Shown here piece by piece: positions 45,053 through 54,614 of a stretch of DNA of 64,000 nucleotides. The DNA is taken from NCBI GenBank assembly GCA_964389655.1, contig CAYMED010000009.1, positions 1 through 64,000 on the forward strand, written 5' to 3'. How positions within the stretch are numbered: the first letter of the stretch is position 1; each line of letters opens with the position of its first letter. This DNA comes from an uncultured Candidatus Poseidoniales archaeon. Lineage in GTDB: Archaea; Thermoplasmatota; Poseidoniia; Poseidoniales; CAYMED01. A program made the position numbers and the translations under genes. The notes below the pieces were generated by a model. It did not search any database. It was given only the letters and a program-made list of their open reading frames with translations, and was not told the DNA's origin.

Positions 45053-45934
45053 TTACTCAGACTCATCTTTGAGGAGGTCTTCAGTCCGAGAGATCATACT
45101 GCGAATCCGATGACCAACTTCACCAACGACCCACTCACCCTCACGTCGTGGTATGTCACAGAATACACGCCTATCTGAGAATAAAAAGGCTAGGCGCCCT
45201 TTCGAAGTAACATCAAGATCTCGAAAGTCATCGATAGCATAGCGAATAGGAGGCGCCGGTATGAAGTGCATCAGATATCCTTGAACCTCCACATGTTCAT
45301 GATCGATTTGAATTGAGTGTCGGTGTTCGAGCATATTTGTCCAAAGATTGGTGATGTACCAACCTGACAACACAAGTAGCAAAAACAAGGCCGTAATAAT
45401 TCTTGAATCTAGTGCGAGGAACAAGAATGAGGATGCACCTAAAATCACGCAAAGTGAGATGCTAGAGAGAAATAGAGCCAAAACGGTAGGAGGAATTGTC
45501 GAGGGAAGTGTGAATTTAAACCCCGTTCCCTGAGTTTCAAATTCCACCTCCATTGATTCCGTATGTGGAGGCCGGCCCCATCGTTGCGGGAATCTCTGAA
45601 GCTGCTCAGAAATGTTAAGCCCATGTTCATCGGCTTCGACACTTCGCCCAGTATGTTCCTCAAAACGCACACCCAAGGCACTTGCCGCATCCTCTACTGC
45701 AGCGAGTATGGAGCCTTGGCTGCGCAAAACTACAACCCGCTCATAGTCGTCGCCAATACGGACATCAAGCGACCATTTCGGGAGCAGCCCTCCCACGCGA
45801 GATGTGCGTAGTTCGCGGATGAGGACGCGTTTCCACGAACGCTCTATTGCACCTGCTGGACTAAGCAAATTGAATTGAGTTCCTTCAACGCTCAGACTGC
45901 GCGAGCCAACTGGGATTTGGGGAGTCTCAGGCAT
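45053..45934 (-). CDS. Hypothetical 2-TM membrane protein
   Basis: 293-aa ORF with a central hydrophobic hairpin. Confidence 0.7.
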   Translation of the reverse strand: MPETPQIPVGSRSLSVEGTQFNLLSPAGAIERSWKRVLIRELRTSRVGGLLPKWSLDVRIGDDYERVVVLRSQGSILAAVEDAASALGVRFEEHTGRSVEADEHGLNISEQLQRFPQRWGRPPHTESMEVEFETQGTGFKFTLPSTIPPTVLALFLSSISLCVILGASSFLFLALDSRIITALFLLLVLSGWYITNLWTNMLEHRHSIQIDHEHVEVQGYLMHFIPAPPIRYAIDDFRDLDVTSKGRLAFLFSDRRVFCDIPRREGEWVVGEVGHRIRSMISRTEDLLKDESE

Positions 45935-46008
45935 TGGAATCCGGACGCACTCACCTGCGTATCATTTCAAAGGATCGCGGGGTACGCGCCAATTAGGGCG
46001 AAGAGAGG

Positions 46009-47010
46009 ATGTACGAGTTTGACCGGAGAAGTCGGCCACGCGCGGACACGTCCATCGAAGAATTCACCAATTTGGGCCATCGAGCTACACTTAGCGAGGT
46101 TGAAGGAGAGTTACTAAAGTTACTTGGCGCACAACCGGGAACGAGAGTTGTAATCACAAGTAGCCGTGAAGAAGCACTTGCCACTGCCCTCCGAGGATTA
46201 ATCACAAGACACCCAAACCTGCCACTGCAACTTGACGAGGCATCTCCTAGAACATGGAAGGGTTCCGCACACCAACTTGTTGGAGGAAAGGGCACGAACG
46301 CCAACTTTGGTGAAAGCGCGATTCATGCCATCGTGTGGGCCGATTATGAGACAGGTGAGATTCGACCAATTAAAGACTGCGAAGGGCCCATTATTCTAGA
46401 CCTGGGATGGGCTCCCGGGCGCGTACAATGGGCAGATATCCCGCCAGCCGACATTTCCATCATCGCAGGAGCGTCCATTGGAGGGCCTAAAGCCAGTGCT
46501 GCTTTGGTTCTCGCACCGGGAATTGGAATTGATCCCTTAATTCATGGTGGATCGGAGCAATATGGCTTGAGGGGGGGGGAGATTGATGACCTTGTCATCT
46601 GGAGATTATCAGGGGCACTGCACCATCTCAAAGCATCCACGGAAGCAACTCAGCAAGAAGCGATCAGAAAAGTCACGGCATTTGCAATTCCAGAACTAAA
46701 AAATGTTGGACTGGAATTAATCGAAACTGAATATCAACTCGTTCCCGGACAGTGGATGATGCGCATACCGGGAATCAGCGCCAGTGCCTTAGCGATTGCC
46801 TGTGAAGCACGTGGAGCCTTCATATCCCCCGCCGCATCTTGTGCAGGTGAGGCAGATCATGGCCCAGCTGCTCTAGAAGCTAGAGGCTGGAGTCCTGAAG
46901 AAGCACTCGAAGTGATCCTATTCACCCTAGATCATCAAACACGCCAAGAAGACCTCAAAAAGGGGATCGAAATCATCGAGAATGAAATAAAACGCCTCGC
47001 GGGTAACTGA
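46009..47010 (+). CDS. Degenerate cysteine desulfurase-like (class V aminotransferase fold)
   Basis: DYETGEIRPI, GGPK, HGGSEQYGLRGG and SPAASCAG match NifS/IscS segments; the PLP lysine motif (SxHK) reads AGAS. Confidence 0.7.
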   Translation: MYEFDRRSRPRADTSIEEFTNLGHRATLSEVEGELLKLLGAQPGTRVVITSSREEALATALRGLITRHPNLPLQLDEASPRTWKGSAHQLVGGKGTNANFGESAIHAIVWADYETGEIRPIKDCEGPIILDLGWAPGRVQWADIPPADISIIAGASIGGPKASAALVLAPGIGIDPLIHGGSEQYGLRGGEIDDLVIWRLSGALHHLKASTEATQQEAIRKVTAFAIPELKNVGLELIETEYQLVPGQWMMRIPGISASALAIACEARGAFISPAASCAGEADHGPAALEARGWSPEEALEVILFTLDHQTRQEDLKKGIEIIENEIKRLAGN

Positions 47011-47016
47011 AAAGAA

Positions 47017-47766
47017 TCAGGAATGGAGGCTGAAACCACCGTCAACGGCCAATAGGTGGCCAGTGATGTGTTCTGGACCTTCGATCAAGAAAGCCACCGA
47101 TTCTGCAATCTCCGCAGGAGTTCCAAGTCGGCCTTGTGGGATCTTTTCAACAATTTTTGAGCGTTCAGGCGCATCAACCCAATCGGGAAATAAAATCGCA
47201 CCAGGGCCCACGCCATTGACGCGAATGGAGGGTGCCAATTCCACTGCAAGAGCGCGCGTCAGTGCGAGTAATGCGGATTTTGACGCACAATAAGCGCTGA
47301 ATTCGGGCCAGGGCCGATCACCAAATACATCGACGAGATTGACAACACACCCACCCGGGACTGCCTGCATATGTGGCAGGGCATTGTGGATGAGCATGAG
47401 GGGAGCAATAGTATTGATCTCAAATGTAGAACGTGCCACTTCATCATTCATTTCTGTCAAAGGGACACGCACATAGGTCGAGGCAGAATTAACGAGATGA
47501 TTTAAGCCCCCGAAATGCTCAACACAAGAAGAAATCACTGCAGAGCGGCCATGTGAGGTTGCAAGGTCAGCAACAAGGACATTTGCATGGACCCCCCTCG
47601 ACCGGATTTCTTTAGCAGTCTCTTCAGCCGCCTCTGTAGAGGTGTGGCAATGCACGCCGATATTAGCACCTGAATCTGCAAGGCGTAGCGCAATATCCCG
47701 GCCAATCCTCGTACCCGCTCCAGTTACAAGAACAGTATCCCCCGCCAAGGATCGGCAAGCTGCCAT
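47017..47766 (-). CDS. Short-chain dehydrogenase, pteridine reductase (FolM/PTR1)-like
   Basis: TGAGTRIG, NSAS, YCASK, ELAPSIRVNGVGPGAIL, VDGG. Confidence 0.88.
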   Translation of the reverse strand: MAACRSLAGDTVLVTGAGTRIGRDIALRLADSGANIGVHCHTSTEAAEETAKEIRSRGVHANVLVADLATSHGRSAVISSCVEHFGGLNHLVNSASTYVRVPLTEMNDEVARSTFEINTIAPLMLIHNALPHMQAVPGGCVVNLVDVFGDRPWPEFSAYCASKSALLALTRALAVELAPSIRVNGVGPGAILFPDWVDAPERSKIVEKIPQGRLGTPAEIAESVAFLIEGPEHITGHLLAVDGGFSLHS

Positions 47767-47840
47767 GTGCCTTCGGTATCGACTAAGAGTTCAAGCCTGT
47801 CGACAAAACGCTCATCCGAATCGCCCCTTTAGCGGGGAGC

Positions 47841-48764
47841 ATGGAGGCGCGCCGACTTCCCATGGAAGGCCAAGTCCCTGTGCTTAGGCACCCGCCTTGG
47901 CTCAAGGTTCAACTCCCTAGTGGGAAGGAAATGGAGATATTCAATTCAACGAAGAAAAATGTGGTCGAAAATGACCTGAATACGGTCTGCCAAGAAGCTC
48001 GTTGCCCAAACATACATGATTGCTGGGGGCGGGGAACTGCCACATTTATGATCGCCGGAGAAGAATGCACGCGGACCTGTCGATTTTGCGCAGTTGGAAC
48101 ACGCAGGGAACCACCAGACCTCGACCCTAAAGAGCCTGAAAATCTTGCACATGCGGTCGCGACAATGCAATTGAATCACGCCGTCATTACAGTAGTCAAT
48201 CGAGATGATATGGAAGACAGTGGTGCCGCCCACTACCGAAGTTGCCTAGATGCGGTAGCTGCAAAGTGCCCAGATACAACACTTGAACTTCTCTGCTCAG
48301 ATCTTGCTGGCGATCTCGAAGCACTCAATACCCTCTTGGAGGGAGTGCAGATCGCTGTTTTCGCACATAATGTAGAATGCGTGCCCCGTCTAGATTCTGA
48401 AGTCAGAGACTTCCGAGCATCATTTGATACTTCAATTGAGGTTCTAACAAATGCTAGATTGATTAGAGATGACATTTTTACAAAATCAAGCCTGATGGTC
48501 GGCTTAGGCGAATCAGATGATGAAGTTGTAGAGGTGCTTTACCAGTTGAAAGAGGCTGGCGTTCAATTGTTGACAATCGGGCAATATCTCGCTCCTAGCC
48601 GTCAGCACCACCCTATTGCGAGATATGTCGAACCGGGCACATTTTCAGATTGGAAATTGCTGGCAGAAAATCTCGGCTTCCTTGGGGTCGCTGCGGGGCC
48701 ACTTGTGCGTTCGTCCTATCGTGCTGGAAACTTGCTTGGTGAAGCACGCTCGAGGCATCAATAG
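47841..48764 (+). CDS. lipA: Lipoyl synthase
   Basis: CQEARCPNIHDC, CTRTCRFC, TIGQYL, VRSSY. Confidence 0.97.
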   Translation: MEARRLPMEGQVPVLRHPPWLKVQLPSGKEMEIFNSTKKNVVENDLNTVCQEARCPNIHDCWGRGTATFMIAGEECTRTCRFCAVGTRREPPDLDPKEPENLAHAVATMQLNHAVITVVNRDDMEDSGAAHYRSCLDAVAAKCPDTTLELLCSDLAGDLEALNTLLEGVQIAVFAHNVECVPRLDSEVRDFRASFDTSIEVLTNARLIRDDIFTKSSLMVGLGESDDEVVEVLYQLKEAGVQLLTIGQYLAPSRQHHPIARYVEPGTFSDWKLLAENLGFLGVAAGPLVRSSYRAGNLLGEARSRHQ

Positions 48765-48790
48765 AGTGGTGGGGCACAGGAGGCCTTTCA

Positions 48791-51700
48791 ATGTCTGTGA
48801 CTCGATTGATCATACTCTCCACCATTCTGCTTCTCACATCACAGATCAACATCATAGAGCAAAATGTTAGCGTACAGATATTTCCACCCAGTAATCCCAC
48901 CCAGGGAGTCGATGGAACACTCTCCCAACCAGGTTTTCAATCAGGGTCAATGTTCAGTTCAACCACTCTCTCATCGGGAGATGAATATAGTTGTGGAATT
49001 GATTGGAATGCCACACTCTCGTGCTGGGGTCCTGCTTATTCCATAACTGGACTTTCTGAATTGGGGATTAGGCAAAGAGCAACTCAGATTTCGTCCTACG
49101 ACACCCACACCTGTGCACTTATCGATAATGGCACCATCAATTGCTGGAATGTATCATCAGGTCACCTCACTACCCCTGTTGAAAAGCCACTGATCGCAGT
49201 GTCCCTAGATGTTGGATCTGATGAATCTTGTTCAATTCTTTCTGATGCATCTATTGTCTGCTGGGACAACTCGATTGGCGATTCACAATACATCCAGCTT
49301 GGAGGGAAAGGCGCAGTTGCCATATCCTCTGGAGGGAATGAAAGTTGTGCAATCATGCATGACCAAGATCTGTATTGCTGGCCCTTTGGCGGGTCGCCAC
49401 AGTTGAGGAGGACAGGGGATGTTTCAGCGGTAGCAGTCAGCATGGGAGAAGATCATGGATGCGCATTATTACAGAACATGGAACTTAGTTGTTGGGGGTC
49501 CAATCTAGATGGACAAACGAGTATTGCTGTAACTGCATCGAATGCCATCTCATTGTCCGCAGGTGCACACCACACCTGCGTTCTGCTAAGCGACGCATCA
49601 ATATCTTGTTCAGGAGATAATTCAGTAGGGCAAAGCAGCATAAGCCTGCAAGCAAATGAAGTACCTGTTGCCCTTTCTGCTGGCCACGACCATACCTGTG
49701 TTGCCTTGCTCGATGGTTCGACAAGATGTTATGGACTAAGCAGTCAATCATTGGAGAAGGTTCGTCTCTCTGAGAGAGATTTGGACCAAGATGGTGTATT
49801 GAACATCTTTGACGTGCACATGCCCGGATACGCAGGAGATTCTATCGGTTCATCCTCGCCGATTGCCATGGGAATGAAGCACACCTGCGCTGTGATGTCA
49901 AATCGAAGCCTGAGTTGTTGGGGGTACAACATGCATGGCCAACTTGGGCTTGGCCTAGGCGCCTGGGCAGAAGTCAATGCGCCTCAGCCAATCGATTTTG
50001 GCTTTGATGAAAAGGTGTGGAGCATAGCTGCGGATGGCCATCAGACCTGTGCAATCATGGATAATGGTTCTCTGTGGTGCTGGGGATTGAACACAAAAGG
50101 CCAGTTGGGTATTGGAAGTACTGAGAAAAAATTTACCCCTCAAGCAGTGGACCTTGGTCTAAACCGAAGTGCAACAGCAGTCACAATCGGAAACTCACAT
50201 ACTTGCGCCATCACAAATGATTCTACAGTTCTTTGCTGGGGATGGAACAACTTTGGACAGTTAGGAATCAACACCTCATCTTCTTCGGAACTATCTCCGC
50301 AAGAAGTCCACCTTCCGCAGGGTTTGACCCCCATTTCTCTAGCAGCTGGAAATGCACACACCTGCTCGGTGATGTCGAACGGTTCTCTGTGGTGCTGGGG
50401 CCTCAACAATTTCGGCCAGAATGGACTTGGCCAATCCATAGCGAGTTCCCCATATCCCCAACATGTCCCATTTCCAGAAGATTCTACGATCATCACGGCA
50501 GTCGCTAATAGACATCAAACCTGTGCAATTACCGAGAATCGGTCACTTTTCTGTTGGGGCGATGATGAATATGGTCAACTTGGCCTGGGAAATGTAGGTT
50601 CAGGCCACCAACAATATTCACCACAGCACGTCGATCTCGGTGGCCTCGAGGTCCTCAGTTTCTCAGGAGGAGATCGTCATTCATGTGCCATTCTGGGGGA
50701 TTACACGATGTGGTGTTGGGGACAGAATTCTGATGGCCAGCTCGGACTTGGCAACAACACGCACCAAGGTTCACCAATTCATATTCCCGTTGATGTAAAT
50801 GGTTCGGCCGTGGTGATGACCGGTGGAACCGGCCATTCCTGTGCGATTCTCAACGATGGCACCCTGAAGTGCTGGGGTGCGAACGACTGGGGACAACTCG
50901 GAGTGGGAAATAGGACCCCTCTTATGGCACCCCATTCAGTCCACGATTCTGCTAATCTCACATTTCATCGCGGAGACCTTGACCCGGATGGAGATGGGCT
51001 CCCATATCACTCAGATTCCCATCCGCTGAATCCTGCAAGATCAGTAGAATGTGGACCTGGCGAATATGGCATTCATCGATGCATCTCGGCAAATCCTGGC
51101 CACTGGACAAACGAAACGGGTGCAATTGTCCAATCACAGTGCCTCCCTGGAACATACCAACCGGCTGCAGGATCCACTGGCTGCATAACCAGTGACCCCG
51201 GAAATTTTACTGATTCTGCTGCCATGATCTGGCAATATCCTTGCCTTAATGGGACCTATCAGAATATGTCAGGACAGGCAGAATGCAATATTGCATCCCC
51301 AGGATACTATGTCAATCACACAGGATCAACCATGCAGTACCCCTGTCCAGAGGGTTCCTATCAGCCGTTAGCAGGGAGGCCATCATGCATCGCAGTATCC
51401 CCTGGACACTTCACCAATGAATCAAAACAAACAAAACAAATTCCATGCCCAAGTGGAACCTATCAGCCCAATGCAGGATCTGACAAATGTAAATTAACTG
51501 ACCGGGGAAACTATACTGGATCCAGCGGTATGTCGAATCAGGTCGCCTGCAACAACGGGACATACCAAAATGATTCAGGACAGGCAGAATGTCTTCCTGC
51601 AGACCCAGGATATTTCGCCGAAGGATTCGGTTCGACAAAGCAACACCCGTGCGATGCAGGAACTTTTCAGCCCAGAACAAGCAGCCAATCTTGTGTCGAC

Positions 51701-52171
51701 GCTACAGCAGGTCATTTCGTCAGCAGTTCAGCCCAGCCCTCCCAAACACCTTGCCCTGAAGGTCAATACCAACCCCTTAACGGACAAATCATCTGCATCG
51801 AAGCGGACCCAGGATCGCATGTTTCAGCTAAAGGAGCAAATATGCAGGTACCCTGTCTACCCGGCACATATCAACCCACCTCAGGTTCTAAATTATGCAT
51901 CAAAGCCGCACCGGGTTTCTACGTTGCAGAAAAGGGTCAGACGATGCAGACCCCTTGTCCTGCTAACGAAGAACAGCCTCTCAGCGGCCAAACAAGTTGC
52001 TCAGCGATGAATGATATGCAAATGTTCCTAATTGCCGGGGGAGTTACTATAAGTGGGCTAATCACAGCTATCATGCTCATTTTGACGCTAAAAAGAAAAA
52101 ACTCTAAGAGAAAAAATCAGGACCAAAAAGATATTGAGAAAATGGAATTTGATGTTTCAAAATGGGTCTAA
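48791..52171 (+). CDS. Surface protein with RCC1-like repeats, Cys-rich 34-aa repeats and C-terminal TM
   Basis: Signal peptide; repeated HTCA..CWG.N..GQLG; DxDxDG motifs; eight CxxGxYQ..C..PG repeats; TM plus basic tail. Confidence 0.9.
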   Translation: MSVTRLIILSTILLLTSQINIIEQNVSVQIFPPSNPTQGVDGTLSQPGFQSGSMFSSTTLSSGDEYSCGIDWNATLSCWGPAYSITGLSELGIRQRATQISSYDTHTCALIDNGTINCWNVSSGHLTTPVEKPLIAVSLDVGSDESCSILSDASIVCWDNSIGDSQYIQLGGKGAVAISSGGNESCAIMHDQDLYCWPFGGSPQLRRTGDVSAVAVSMGEDHGCALLQNMELSCWGSNLDGQTSIAVTASNAISLSAGAHHTCVLLSDASISCSGDNSVGQSSISLQANEVPVALSAGHDHTCVALLDGSTRCYGLSSQSLEKVRLSERDLDQDGVLNIFDVHMPGYAGDSIGSSSPIAMGMKHTCAVMSNRSLSCWGYNMHGQLGLGLGAWAEVNAPQPIDFGFDEKVWSIAADGHQTCAIMDNGSLWCWGLNTKGQLGIGSTEKKFTPQAVDLGLNRSATAVTIGNSHTCAITNDSTVLCWGWNNFGQLGINTSSSSELSPQEVHLPQGLTPISLAAGNAHTCSVMSNGSLWCWGLNNFGQNGLGQSIASSPYPQHVPFPEDSTIITAVANRHQTCAITENRSLFCWGDDEYGQLGLGNVGSGHQQYSPQHVDLGGLEVLSFSGGDRHSCAILGDYTMWCWGQNSDGQLGLGNNTHQGSPIHIPVDVNGSAVVMTGGTGHSCAILNDGTLKCWGANDWGQLGVGNRTPLMAPHSVHDSANLTFHRGDLDPDGDGLPYHSDSHPLNPARSVECGPGEYGIHRCISANPGHWTNETGAIVQSQCLPGTYQPAAGSTGCITSDPGNFTDSAAMIWQYPCLNGTYQNMSGQAECNIASPGYYVNHTGSTMQYPCPEGSYQPLAGRPSCIAVSPGHFTNESKQTKQIPCPSGTYQPNAGSDKCKLTDRGNYTGSSGMSNQVACNNGTYQNDSGQAECLPADPGYFAEGFGSTKQHPCDAGTFQPRTSSQSCVDATAGHFVSSSAQPSQTPCPEGQYQPLNGQIICIEADPGSHVSAKGANMQVPCLPGTYQPTSGSKLCIKAAPGFYVAEKGQTMQTPCPANEEQPLSGQTSCSAMNDMQMFLIAGGVTISGLITAIMLILTLKRKNSKRKNQDQKDIEKMEFDVSKWV
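51140..51955 (+). repeat. Eight tandem 102-bp (34-aa) Cys-rich coding repeats
   Basis: Units begin CLPG, CLNG, CPEG, CPSG, CNNG, CDAG, CPEG, CLPG at exact 34-aa spacing. Confidence 0.9.
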
Positions 52172-52304
52172 TTGAGAAGAAAAAGCACCTTGGTAGGAGA
52201 GAGGACAACGCATCCCTAAATTAATGGGAAAATGGGCATTTGAGTTGCTCACATAGATATCATGCCTCGCAATGGTCAAGTGTACCCCTGCACTCCCCGT
52301 TTTG

Positions 52305-53585
52305 ATGGGTTCAGAAGCGGCCGATGCAGAAGCCCCTTTAGACGACAAAAAAACGTCCACTGTAGAGGGGATAGATTCACACCTAGAAATTCCAAGTGCA
52401 CCCTCAAGGCCGGGTGAAGAACCTAAATTTGAATTTGAGATCCCGGAAGTCGATGCGCTAGAACGACCTGAACCATCTTGTGATGCCAAAGACACCTCAC
52501 AGCATGCAATGGGACTTGTACGTGTGCTCGACATGGATGGTCATGCATTGGGCTCATGGAATCCTGAATTATCGACCGATATTGTGCTAGAAATGCTAAC
52601 TCAAATGGTACGCATGCGTATATTTGATGATCGAATGATGACCATGCAGAGGCAAGGAAAGCTCTCATTCTACATGAAATGTAGGGGGGAAGAGGCTGTC
52701 GCAATTCCTGCCGCCATGGCATTGCGTGATGATGATCTACTTCACCCATCTTATCGCCAGCCAGGTTTATTACTTGCTAGAGGGCGTAGCATGGTCGACA
52801 TGATCTGCCATTGCATTGGCAATATAATGGACAATGTGAAAGGGAGGCAAATGCCAGTTCATTATTCATGGAAAGAAGGAAACTTAGTCTCTATTTCTAG
52901 TCCAGTGGGAACCCAATTTCCACAGGCAGTTGGCATGGCCATGGCTTCAGCCTACAAGGGCAAGGATAACGTCACTGCATCGTGGCTTGGCGAAGGGACA
53001 AGCGCGCAAGGTGATTTTCATCATGCGCTGACATTTGCATCAGTTTACCAACCCCCAGTGATCCTGAATGTTGTGAACAATCAATGGGCTATTTCGACCC
53101 ACCAAAACATTGCCCACGGAGGGACCTCATTCGCGGCTCGTGGGTTAGCATACAATGTTGCGAGCTTACGCGTTGATGGAAATGATGCACTTGCTGTATT
53201 TGCAGCTACCGCGTGGGCGGCAGAACGGGGCCGAAAGGGGCATGGGGCCACTCTAATCGAATTATTCACTCACCGACAATCAGCCCACTCATCTTCAGAT
53301 GACCCCAGCCGCTACCGCCCTGTAAATGAGGGAGATTCATGGCCACTTGGAGACCCAATCATGCGATTGAAAAATCATCTCATCGAACTCCGAAAATGGG
53401 ATGAAAGAAGGCATGAAGACCTCGTGAAGAAAATCGATGAAGAAGTAATCACAGCATACAAAGAGGCAGAATCTCATGGCACCCACCACGATGGACCTTT
53501 TCCCCCAATATCCACGCTTTTCGAAGATGTATACGAAAAGCCACTTCCTCAACTCATCGATCAAAGGCGGAAATTAGGAAGATGA
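52305..53585 (+). CDS. bkdA1: Branched-chain 2-oxoacid dehydrogenase E1 alpha
   Basis: QRQGKLSFY, KGRQMPVHY, GEGTSAQGDFH..NNQWAIS (TPP motif), HSSSDDPSRYR; likely start 52305 (ORF 52272). Confidence 0.93.
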   Translation: MGSEAADAEAPLDDKKTSTVEGIDSHLEIPSAPSRPGEEPKFEFEIPEVDALERPEPSCDAKDTSQHAMGLVRVLDMDGHALGSWNPELSTDIVLEMLTQMVRMRIFDDRMMTMQRQGKLSFYMKCRGEEAVAIPAAMALRDDDLLHPSYRQPGLLLARGRSMVDMICHCIGNIMDNVKGRQMPVHYSWKEGNLVSISSPVGTQFPQAVGMAMASAYKGKDNVTASWLGEGTSAQGDFHHALTFASVYQPPVILNVVNNQWAISTHQNIAHGGTSFAARGLAYNVASLRVDGNDALAVFAATAWAAERGRKGHGATLIELFTHRQSAHSSSDDPSRYRPVNEGDSWPLGDPIMRLKNHLIELRKWDERRHEDLVKKIDEEVITAYKEAESHGTHHDGPFPPISTLFEDVYEKPLPQLIDQRRKLGR

Positions 53586-53600
53586 AGGGAGGGAAAACAA

Positions 53601-54611
53601 ATGGCTCAGATGCACATGATTGAAGCAGCAAACTCTGCTTTAGAGGTCTGTCTTGAGAAGGATCCTGATGTCTGCATATTTGGAGAAGATGTAGGGTATT
53701 TTGGAGGCGTATTCCGGGCCACTGATGGGTTGCAAGAGAAATTTGGTCCGCATAGGGTATTCGACACGCCACTTGCAGAAGGGGGAATTATTGCAACTGC
53801 AATTGGAATGGGCATGAATGGATTACGGCCGATTGCAGAGATTCAATTTGCAGACTATATTTATCCTGCATTTGACCAAATCACCAATGAATTAGCGAAG
53901 CTTCGTTACCGCTCTGGTGGCGAATGGTTCGCACCAGTCACAATTCGTACACCTTGTGGAGGGGGCATCCGCGGTGGCCACTACCATAGTCAATCACCAG
54001 AAGCCTATTTCACCCACACACCGGGACTCATTGTGGTCATGCCTTCGAACCCATATGATCTCAAAGGTATGATCATTTCAGCAGTGGAATCAAATGATCC
54101 CGTTCTTGTCCTTGAGCCAAAAAGAATCTATCGCGGTCCATTCCATGGAGACCCAAATGACGTACCCACATGGGGGGGGCATCCACTTGCCGAAGTTCCC
54201 GAAGAACATTATACAGTACCAATCGGCATTGCTCGAACAATTCGGCAAGGGTCAGATATAACTGTCCTAGCATGGGGGACGATGGTTCATGTTGCTGAAA
54301 GAGCCATTTTGAACTATGGAATCAGCGGTGAACTCATTGACCTACGGTCTCTGGTCCCGCTAGACATGGATGCGATCATCGCCTCAGTTAAGCGCACAGG
54401 CCGCTGTGTCATTGTCCATGAAGCACCCCTCACATCAGGATACGGTGGCGAAATCGCTGCTTTGGTCCAAGAAAAGTGCTTTTACCATCTTGAAGCACCG
54501 ATTGCACGAGTCACTGGCTGGGACACACCATTCCCGCACTCCCTTGAATGGGAGTACATGCCAAGTGTCGAACGCATCGGTGACGCTATGAAACAAGCAA
54601 TGGAGGCATGA
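53601..54611 (+). CDS. bkdA2: Branched-chain 2-oxoacid dehydrogenase E1 beta
   Basis: GEDVGYFGGVFRAT, EIQFADY, HSQSPEA, GWDTPFP. Confidence 0.95.
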   Translation: MAQMHMIEAANSALEVCLEKDPDVCIFGEDVGYFGGVFRATDGLQEKFGPHRVFDTPLAEGGIIATAIGMGMNGLRPIAEIQFADYIYPAFDQITNELAKLRYRSGGEWFAPVTIRTPCGGGIRGGHYHSQSPEAYFTHTPGLIVVMPSNPYDLKGMIISAVESNDPVLVLEPKRIYRGPFHGDPNDVPTWGGHPLAEVPEEHYTVPIGIARTIRQGSDITVLAWGTMVHVAERAILNYGISGELIDLRSLVPLDMDAIIASVKRTGRCVIVHEAPLTSGYGGEIAALVQEKCFYHLEAPIARVTGWDTPFPHSLEWEYMPSVERIGDAMKQAMEA

Positions 54612-54614
54612 AGA

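Noticed and set aside
43834-47766. tRNA-Leu as integration site of a genomic island
   Set aside because: No integrase or transposase, and I saw no duplicated tRNA 3' end; flanking genes are metabolic.
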